In this document: piece by piece, positions 57,114-64,000 of the stretch | Layout: the number at the start of each line of letters is the position of its first letter | Numbering within the stretch: position 1 is the stretch's first letter | Assembly: GCA_965649225.1 (NCBI GenBank) | Contig: CBFGJX010000007.1 | Span: 32,001-96,000 of the forward strand | Reading direction: 5' to 3' | Source: a candidate division WOR-3 bacterium | Lineage (GTDB): Bacteria > Hydrothermota > Tepidihabitantia > Tepidihabitantales > Tepidihabitantaceae | Length of the DNA: 64,000 bases | Position numbers and translations under genes: made by a program | Notes under the pieces: generated by a model | Told to the model about the DNA's origin: nothing | The model's input: only the letters and a program-made list of their open reading frames with translations | Databases searched by the model: none

Positions 57114-59599
57114 CGCTGTTGTTCTCCTTGGTCCTGAGCAGGTGTTTCTGTCGTGGAGCCCTCAACCGCCAGGCCGGCGCCCAGCCGGCGGCGGCACAGG
57201 GCGATGTTCTGGCGGGAGCTTTCGACATACTCCGATTCCGGAAACGAATCGACAACCATCTGGAACCTTTCCAGACTGCGGCCATAGTCGCCGGCGTTGA
57301 ACAGCGCCGTGGCGAGGTTGAAGGTGGCACCGGCACGCTGGGGGTGGTCCGGGTAATAGGCGAGGAATTTTTCGTAGGCCGCAGCCGCGTCGGGCCAGCG
57401 TTCCAGTGCCGAGTAGGATTCGGCGGTGAGCAGCTGGGCGTCCGGAGCGACCGCTGCGGTTGGGTAACCGACCACGGCTTTCTGGAGCTCGGTGATGGCC
57501 TCGATGTGTCGGCCGGCGTCGAACAGGGCGCGGCCCTTGCGGTACTGACCTTCAGCGGCGAGTTCCGACTGCGGGAACCGGTGCAGAAACTCTTCCATCA
57601 GGGTCGAATCTTCCTGGCCGGCAAAGAACCAGCTCATTTCCAAGCTGCGGCGGACGCCGGGTACCTGTGGGTCCGAAGGGTAAAGGTCGAGGAATTTCTG
57701 ATATTCGCGGATGGCGTCGGTGTACTGACGCCGGTTGTAGTAGCTCTGGGCAATGAGTGCCTGTGACGGGGCAGCGAAGTCCGACTGGGGATAACGTTCG
57801 ATGACGAAGTTGAAACTGGCGGTGGCCTTGTCGTACTCCAGTGCCTTGAAATAGGTATCGCCGGTGCGGAATGCGGCTTCAGCCGCCTTGTCGTTGTTCT
57901 CGGGGAACTGGTTGACAAGCTTGGTCCAGGCATCGACCGCCTGACCGTAATACTTGAGCTGGTAGTAACAGTAGCCGGCCCAGAAGAGTCCGGGTATTGC
58001 CGCCAGCGGCTTGTCGGGGAAGGTATTGGCGAGGGCTTCAAAGACGTCGAGGGCCTTGAGGTATTCCTTGTTGTTGAAGAGCGCGTAGCCGTAACCGAGA
58101 TAGGCGCTGATTGTGAAGATGGTGTCCTGAGTGCGGGCGGTGGTCAGTCCCTGAAAGCCCCGGGCTGCCTCATCGAGGCGGCCGAGATGGTACAGCGAGT
58201 AGCAGCGGCCAAGCCGGGCATAGGGGGCAACGTCAGAGGCGGCGCCGGCCAGCTGGGCAGCCTGCGAATAGTAGGCGTCAGCCTCGTTGTACTTGCGGTC
58301 GTAGTAGAGCCCCTCGGCGAGGAAATAGAGCGTGCGGGGACGCCAGCCCGAGCGGTCTTCGGGATAGTCGCGGATGTACTTGGCGCCGATTGCCACTGTC
58401 TGTGCCCAGCGACCGAGGGTATTGAGTGAAAGCAGCAGCATCGCGCAGGCCGGTTCGCGCAGGCTGGTCGTCCCGTAATCCACGAGAACGCGCTCGAACT
58501 GCTCGGCGGCGCGGCTGTAGTCGCCGACCTGGTAGAAGACAACGCCAGACAGATAGTTGCCAACACCGGACAACTCGCCGGTGCGAAACATCGTTGCCAG
58601 CTGCGAGGTTGCAAGCAGGGTCTGGGCGGTGTCGGCGGTTGCCAGCATCGCCTGGGCAAGCTGGAGATTGGCGTAGGTGGCGACCTTGGTGCGGGGGAAG
58701 TTGGCCCGGACGCGCTGAAACCGTTCGACTGCCGACTGCGGCTTGCCGAGGGCGAGGTCGGCCGAGCCGATGAAATAGTTGGCGTGCGCCGCAATCAGAT
58801 TGTTGGAATGACGAGTCAGCGGCATCAGTCGGGCGACGGCTTCCGGATACTGTCGTTGGGCCAGCAGGGCACAGCCGAGGAAATAGGTCGCGTAGTCGGC
58901 CAGCGGTGATTGCGGAAACTGCTCGATGAAAACCGCAAACTTCGCCCGGGCGCCGTCGAAATCGCGGTTCTCGAAAAGCGCCATTCCGGCGGCGAAATGT
59001 GCCAGCGTTGCCAACGGTGTATTGGGGACCTCGTCGGCGATTTCCTTGAACTTGATCAGGGCCGGCAGTGGTTTGCCGGTCCGGGCATAGGCTTTGGCCA
59101 GATAGAAACGGGCTTCGGGCAGTGTCAGACCTTCGAGCCGGGCGATGGCCTGGTCGAATTCACCCTGAAAGTAGTGCAGGACCCCGGCGGCAAAGGCAAC
59201 CCGGCTGTCGCGGTCGTAGCCAGGCTCACGGGCAAGTTTTTCCAGAGTAGTTCGGGCCCGCGCATAGTTGCCGGACATCATTCCGCACAGCGCAAGGCCA
59301 TACATTGCCTCGGGTCGGATGTAGCTGTAGCGCGGCCGGTCACTCAGGGCAGCAAAGATGTCACCGGCGCGCGTGTACTGGCCGAGATTGAAATAGGCCT
59401 CGGCGAGCGCGAAGCGTAGTTCGTCGCCAAACTCGCTGGACCCAAAGTCGCGTACCAGACCGTTGAAACGGGCAGCGGCCTGAGCGTAGTCGCCGGCAGC
59501 GACCGCCGCCTGTGCCGCGTTGTAACGTTCTACCAGCACCCGGGACTGGTCGGGCGAGAGCGCTCCTGAAATCAGGTTGAGTATCAGCAGGGCTGTCAT
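57110..59599 (-). CDS. Large exported TPR-repeat protein (BamD/CpoB-like repeats)
   Basis: Many YP.S...A.Y/F..A..YY...Y..A...F repeats across 829 aa. Confidence 0.9.
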   Translation of the reverse strand: MTALLILNLISGALSPDQSRVLVERYNAAQAAVAAGDYAQAAARFNGLVRDFGSSEFGDELRFALAEAYFNLGQYTRAGDIFAALSDRPRYSYIRPEAMYGLALCGMMSGNYARARTTLEKLAREPGYDRDSRVAFAAGVLHYFQGEFDQAIARLEGLTLPEARFYLAKAYARTGKPLPALIKFKEIADEVPNTPLATLAHFAAGMALFENRDFDGARAKFAVFIEQFPQSPLADYATYFLGCALLAQRQYPEAVARLMPLTRHSNNLIAAHANYFIGSADLALGKPQSAVERFQRVRANFPRTKVATYANLQLAQAMLATADTAQTLLATSQLATMFRTGELSGVGNYLSGVVFYQVGDYSRAAEQFERVLVDYGTTSLREPACAMLLLSLNTLGRWAQTVAIGAKYIRDYPEDRSGWRPRTLYFLAEGLYYDRKYNEADAYYSQAAQLAGAASDVAPYARLGRCYSLYHLGRLDEAARGFQGLTTARTQDTIFTISAYLGYGYALFNNKEYLKALDVFEALANTFPDKPLAAIPGLFWAGYCYYQLKYYGQAVDAWTKLVNQFPENNDKAAEAAFRTGDTYFKALEYDKATASFNFVIERYPQSDFAAPSQALIAQSYYNRRQYTDAIREYQKFLDLYPSDPQVPGVRRSLEMSWFFAGQEDSTLMEEFLHRFPQSELAAEGQYRKGRALFDAGRHIEAITELQKAVVGYPTAAVAPDAQLLTAESYSALERWPDAAAAYEKFLAYYPDHPQRAGATFNLATALFNAGDYGRSLERFQMVVDSFPESEYVESSRQNIALCRRRLGAGLAVEGSTTETPAQDQGEQQR

Positions 59600-59611
59600 C
59601 GTCGGTCTGGC

Positions 59612-60892
59612 TCAGCGACCTGGTTTGACTTCGATGCGGCCACGCGGACCGCGGGTGCGCACCTGGGTGAGCGTTCCGCTGAAGCGGAGGGTTGAGTTTC
59701 GGCGGTCAATGACAACGATTTCGTAGTCGTAGCGACCATCGGCGACGAGCCGGCCGGCGTCGTCGAGTCCGTCCCAGGTCAGTCGCAGCGGGGGTGCATC
59801 CCAGCCGCTGTAAGAGCGGACTACTTCGCCGTAGGCGTTCTTTATCAGCAGCTGCCACCGTTTGGGCTGGCCACGTGACTGGAGCCGTACATCCATCCAG
59901 AGGACGTTGTCAGGTTCATCAGGAGTTGGCGAGAAGCGGTCGGGCTGGGCATCAACCCAGACCCGAAAACCGGCAAAGCTGGCAAATACTCCCAGTTTGT
60001 GCGTTGGCGGCAGGCGGTAGCGGGAGTGGTGGTGGAGCAGAAGAGCGTAGTCGACTCCCAGGCCCATTTTGCCCCAGTGCTTCTGGAGACCGAGCCCGAG
60101 GCTGATTTCATTGGGGTCAAAGCCGGCGCGGGAAACAAGCAACCGCGGAACGAGTTCCAGCTCAACGCCACCGCGGGGGGTGAAGTCGCGCCGGGAGCTG
60201 GTCAGGAAGTCGGTGCAGTTCAGGTCGAACGTTGCCCGCAGCCGGTCCGAAATCAGCCGGACCGCCGCGCCTGCCCGCAGGGCAGTGGGATATATTTCGG
60301 GAATCGTTGCCAGCGTCATGCGTGGCTGGACGGCGTTCTGCCAGACCAGACCGAAGGAAAACGGGCCGAGGTTACGGGTCAGCACACCGATGTCGGCCCC
60401 GAATCCGGCACCGGAGTACTGAGCGAGATTCTTGGCGATGATTTTGAGCGACGCGCCCAGTCCCAGCCAGTGCAGCGGATTGTAACCGTAGGCCACGGAG
60501 TAGGCGTTTTCGGAAAAAATGTAACCGGAGTAACGGTTGTTGCCCGGTGTGCGGGAGTCGTTGCCTTCAGCGCCGTAGTTGACAATGGTCAGACTGACGG
60601 TGCCGTATTCGCGCGTGGGCAGGGCATAACCGATGTATTCCATCCGGGCGCCGCCATAGAGCTCGGAGTGGGCGGCGATGACTTCCTGAGCGTTGAGCTG
60701 AAACAGCCCTGCCGGGTTGAAGTAGCCGGCTTGGGCGTCATCGGCAATGGCGGTGAATGCTTTGCCCATGGCCAGACTGCGTGGAGCGGGTCCGTACGAC
60801 AGGAAAGCGCCGGCGAGTCCCCCTTCAATGGCGACTCCGGTCGAGGTGATCAGCAGCGAAAAGAGCAGGACAGCACGGCGGAAGCAGGTCAC
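59612..60892 (-). CDS. PorV/PorQ family barrel fused to a C-terminal FlgD-Ig-like domain
   Basis: FLSYG...RSLAMGKAFTAIADDA.A.YFNPAGL, GADIG, QN, VDYA, THKLG; then FSP...WQLLI.N..GE.VR...TWDG.D..G. Confidence 0.85.
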   Translation of the reverse strand: MTCFRRAVLLFSLLITSTGVAIEGGLAGAFLSYGPAPRSLAMGKAFTAIADDAQAGYFNPAGLFQLNAQEVIAAHSELYGGARMEYIGYALPTREYGTVSLTIVNYGAEGNDSRTPGNNRYSGYIFSENAYSVAYGYNPLHWLGLGASLKIIAKNLAQYSGAGFGADIGVLTRNLGPFSFGLVWQNAVQPRMTLATIPEIYPTALRAGAAVRLISDRLRATFDLNCTDFLTSSRRDFTPRGGVELELVPRLLVSRAGFDPNEISLGLGLQKHWGKMGLGVDYALLLHHHSRYRLPPTHKLGVFASFAGFRVWVDAQPDRFSPTPDEPDNVLWMDVRLQSRGQPKRWQLLIKNAYGEVVRSYSGWDAPPLRLTWDGLDDAGRLVADGRYDYEIVVIDRRNSTLRFSGTLTQVRTRGPRGRIEVKPGR

Positions 60893-62562
60893 CAGAGCAC
60901 TCCGATGCGGTATGTCTGATTGAATGTCGTGCCGGTGTGGATTTCGCCGACGACGGTGAGGACGTAGATGCCGTTGGCAACGCGGTGGCCCTGGCGGTTG
61001 CGACCGTCCCAGTAGATGCGGTTCAGACCAAGCTGAGCACCGGTTTCGCCCTGACGGAACCGCCAGGTAATGACCTCGTTGCCGAACGGGTCATGAATCG
61101 ACACCCGCATTGGACTGGACTGCGGAAGGTAGTAGCAGATTTCACAGGCATCACGATTGAATCCAAACGGGTTGGGAAAGGCGATGACCTCACCACGGCG
61201 AATCGCGCTGTCGGGCAGGTCAATGTAGATGCCAATGGTGGTGTCGGCGTTGCCGGACCAGATCCGGATTGAGTCGTGCTCGGCGAACATCGCGGCGGTG
61301 CAGAAGAACCGGGCAGTGGCGATACCGACTGTGTCGGTCAGCAGCGCGGGTTCTTCGAATTGCCCGCTGCCGGTCGTGACGGCGCAACGGACCAGCGCCT
61401 GTTTGACCGGCTGAGCGTTGGCATCGCGCAGCTGGATGCGGATGTATGCGGTTTCCCCAGCACGGATCGTGTCAGGCTTGCTTATCGTGAATGTGGCCGC
61501 AAGGCTGCGGACTTCGACAAAGGTCCGGTATGACGCCCGTGCGCTGGCATCATAGGCCCAGATGCTTTGGCTGGAACCGGTGGTTTGAAACTGAACGGAG
61601 AACCCGACGCTGTCGAACAGGGGAGCGGCAAGTGGGTCGGAGCGGAAGTTGAAGTCGGAGCCGAGCATGACGTTGGCCCCGGACGCCGGAACCGGATTCC
61701 AGCAGCGGTCAGTCGCGTACACGGTCACCGGGAAAGATTGAAGCAGGTACTGAGGCAGCGGTCGGCCGGATTTGCCGGGCGTTTCCCATACTGCCGCGGC
61801 GTTGTCACCGGGCAGCAGGGTTTCACCGGGAACAACGAGCAACAATTTCTCGAACGGGCCGGCGACAACATCTATCGACGAGGAAGTGTCGGCGTGAACC
61901 GAACTGTCGTTGAGACAGCGGCTGATTATCCGGCGCAGTCCGGCAGTCCGCAGACTAACCGCAAGGCTGCGGTGGCCGGATGACAAGGTTTCCGGCAGTG
62001 GCAGAACGGCAAAGCGATCGGTTGATGTCAGCTGGATTGTGTCTCCGCTGCGCGTGACCGGATTGGCCCAGCGATCAGTCAGGTACACCTGCAGGGGGAA
62101 GGTGTCACCCGCAGTGCGCGGGTAGGCGCGGCCGATTCGTCTTTCTGTGGTTCCGGGCGCGAGCTGTTCGCCGGGCAGGATGGTCACCAGCCGAGCAGGC
62201 CGGCCGGGCTGAACCGCGAACTGATTGCTCAGTCCTGATGCCGAGTCGGTGAAACAGCGCAGGCGAGTCGTTTCGGCAAGGGTGACGATCAGACTGCGCA
62301 TGCAGACACCGTTCTGGAACTGCACGATGTTCGGGTTGACGTAGGGGCCGCGCAACGTGCTGAGCAGGGCACTGCCGTTATAGGGGTAGGGCTGGCCCGA
62401 GCTGTCACGGGCGATAATGGTTACCGGGAAGGAATCGCCGGCTGTAACCGGCGAGGCTATCGTCTGGAAGGAAAATGATGCCGGCCCGGTCACGGGGGCC
62501 GGTGCACCAGCCAGAAGCTGGCTGGCAATAAGTAAACCCAGAGTCGTGCTGATCGATGCCAA
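60889..62562 (-). CDS. Secreted Ig-repeat protein with C-terminal FlgD-Ig sorting-like domain
   Basis: TTG 62562 downstream of promoter; repeated AG..F.V.V...D.W.N.V and LPGE.L.PG units; AFPNPF...WDGRN..G..VANGIY. Confidence 0.82.
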   Translation of the reverse strand: MASISTTLGLLIASQLLAGAPAPVTGPASFSFQTIASPVTAGDSFPVTIIARDSSGQPYPYNGSALLSTLRGPYVNPNIVQFQNGVCMRSLIVTLAETTRLRCFTDSASGLSNQFAVQPGRPARLVTILPGEQLAPGTTERRIGRAYPRTAGDTFPLQVYLTDRWANPVTRSGDTIQLTSTDRFAVLPLPETLSSGHRSLAVSLRTAGLRRIISRCLNDSSVHADTSSSIDVVAGPFEKLLLVVPGETLLPGDNAAAVWETPGKSGRPLPQYLLQSFPVTVYATDRCWNPVPASGANVMLGSDFNFRSDPLAAPLFDSVGFSVQFQTTGSSQSIWAYDASARASYRTFVEVRSLAATFTISKPDTIRAGETAYIRIQLRDANAQPVKQALVRCAVTTGSGQFEEPALLTDTVGIATARFFCTAAMFAEHDSIRIWSGNADTTIGIYIDLPDSAIRRGEVIAFPNPFGFNRDACEICYYLPQSSPMRVSIHDPFGNEVITWRFRQGETGAQLGLNRIYWDGRNRQGHRVANGIYVLTVVGEIHTGTTFNQTYRIGVLW

Positions 62563-62580
62563 GCTCGAAGCTCTCAAGTG

Positions 62581-62609
62581 AGTATACACGTGGCCGGGTC
62601 TGCTGTCAA
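62581..62609 (-). promoter_or_regulatory. sigma70-like promoter of the 8-gene operon
   Basis: TTGACA-N17-TATACT. Confidence 0.75.
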
Positions 62610-62647
62610 ACAGTCTCTGGCCATGGTTGCGCCGGGAGTCGTGGCGT

Positions 62648-63130
62648 CTACAGTTTGTAGCCAATCCGGCGCAGAAACTGCTGTCGTTCAGTTTTGTCGG
62701 CTGCCGTCTCGACACCTTTGGGCGGGTTGCCGTCAATGACACCGAGTATGCCCCGACCGGCGGTGCCCTCCGCGACGATGACTTCGAGCGGGTTGGCCGT
62801 AGCACAGAATACCGTGCACACCTCGGGGATGTCCTTCAGTCGGGGCAGGATATTGATCGGGTAACAGTTGCGCAGCAAGAGCACGAAGGAATGACCGGCC
62901 CCGATAGCCTTGGCACTGGCAATCGCCAGTTCTTCAAGTTCCGGGTCGTTGCCCGAGTAGCGAATTAGACAGGGACCGGATGCTTCACAGAAGGCGATTC
63001 CGAAACGGGCGCCGGGAACAGTGCCCGCCAGCAGTTCGTGAATGTCTTCAACAGTTTTGATAAAATGTGCCTGACCGATGATGACGTTGGCGTCATCAGG
63101 GCAGCGAATGGGAACTGTCGTGAGTTCCAT
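62648..63130 (-). CDS. Adenosine-specific kinase (DUF355 family)
   Basis: NVIIGQAHFIKTVED, FGIAFCEASGP.L.R..GND, ATANP, GRGILGVIDG, IGYK. Confidence 0.92.
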   Translation of the reverse strand: MELTTVPIRCPDDANVIIGQAHFIKTVEDIHELLAGTVPGARFGIAFCEASGPCLIRYSGNDPELEELAIASAKAIGAGHSFVLLLRNCYPINILPRLKDIPEVCTVFCATANPLEVIVAEGTAGRGILGVIDGNPPKGVETAADKTERQQFLRRIGYKL

Positions 63131-63131
63131 A

Positions 63132-64000
63132 CTACCTCGTTATCGTCAGTTTGCCGGCTTCGCTGTAGCCAGACGTGGCGACCACGTAGAGGTAAGTTCC
63201 CGCCGGCTGCAGCTGCCCGGCTTCATTCTTGCCATCCCAGACCGCCTGCAGTCGCCCGTTGACCTGTTTGTCGGCAGCTATGGTGCGGACCAGTTCTCCG
63301 TTGGAACTGTAGATTCGCACTTCCGGCCTGCCCGCTGCGATTCCACTGATGTAGAACAGAGCAGTGCGGCCGCTGGGATTGGGGCTGACAGTCACGCGCG
63401 GCGCCGAGCCTGGGGCGCCGGTCTCCGACACCGGCGTGCCGCCGGCGACAAAGGAAATCATCGTACTTTCGGGTGAGCACACCGGCCAGGTTGTCCAGAA
63501 GTCAATTCGGTTGGCGACCGAGAAGCTGTCCTTCGCCCAGACAAAGTAATCGATGCGGCTGTTGTTGGCTACGGCCGGGATTGTAAAGTAGCTGCGGCCG
63601 CCAACAACCGAGTCGGGGCCGGTGCCGCGCCACGGGCCACGGTCAAGACGCCAGAACAGACTTTCCGCGCCGACGGCGACATCATCGCTGATTGACGACC
63701 AGACCGCAAAGGGCCCAAGGTAGGAAGTATCAGGCCAGACCCGCGTGTCGGCAAATGTTGGGGGTATCAGGTCCCAGCCTGGAATGGTGCAGGATGACAA
63801 CTTCATCATCGTCTCAACGTTGATGAAGTCGGAAGAGGCGCCGTTCTGGCTCATGGCTGCCGCCACGCCGTTGGCGCCGGCGAAGTGGCCCGGTACCAGC
63901 CATTCGTATATCCAGCGACGGTCGTTGGTGCCGAGGTTGTCGGAGTAGACCATGTAGTCCCGTACGACAAGGCAGGGCCAGAAGTAGTCGCCGGACATCG
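63132..64000 (-). CDS. Secreted protein with FlgD-Ig/T9SS-type C-terminal domain (3' part only)
   Basis: VSPNP...VRIY...GELVRT...WDGKN..G...PAGTY...KLTITR; open to the window edge. Confidence 0.85.
   Translation of the reverse strand, partial: MSGDYFWPCLVVRDYMVYSDNLGTNDRRWIYEWLVPGHFAGANGVAAAMSQNGASSDFINVETMMKLSSCTIPGWDLIPPTFADTRVWPDTSYLGPFAVWSSISDDVAVGAESLFWRLDRGPWRGTGPDSVVGGRSYFTIPAVANNSRIDYFVWAKDSFSVANRIDFWTTWPVCSPESTMISFVAGGTPVSETGAPGSAPRVTVSPNPSGRTALFYISGIAAGRPEVRIYSSNGELVRTIAADKQVNGRLQAVWDGKNEAGQLQPAGTYLYVVATSGYSEAGKLTITR

Overview
Gene-dense, GC-rich chromosomal window of an anaerobic diderm bacterium. By inference it is FCB-related and probably candidate phylum WOR-3, judging from the Kelch/CARDB/FlgD-Ig secreted proteins, PorV-like barrels and a PorXY-like pair. 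No prophage, IS, integrase or CRISPR array is visible. Core genes: hutU, recJ-like, rlmI-like, tolB, addAB-like, asnS, two tRNA-Ser, gltX-glnS, a TetR-regulated RND pump and a DUF355 adenosine-specific kinase. Energy genes fall in two separate blocks: an etfA / ferredoxin / soluble fumarate-reductase-like / degenerate acyl-CoA dehydrogenase operon, and a flxDCBA-like operon with no adjacent hdrABC. The best candidate for an undescribed system is the 8-gene operon at 53800-62562. It couples a secreted FlgD-Ig cargo-like protein, a PorV-like barrel fused to an Ig domain and a large TPR protein to ExbB, two ExbD (one lacking the conserved TM Asp), TonB and a periplasmic protein with a TonB-box-like motif, but encodes no TonB-dependent transporter. 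Other leads: a possible DNA/nucleotide-scavenging operon, a four-gene DUF6754-type membrane cluster, a 35-aa basic microprotein missing from the ORF track, a switch-like 5' UTR, two perfect operator palindromes, and recurring sigma70-like promoters with 16-bp spacers and leaderless starts. All family assignments come from motif recognition by eye, not database searches.
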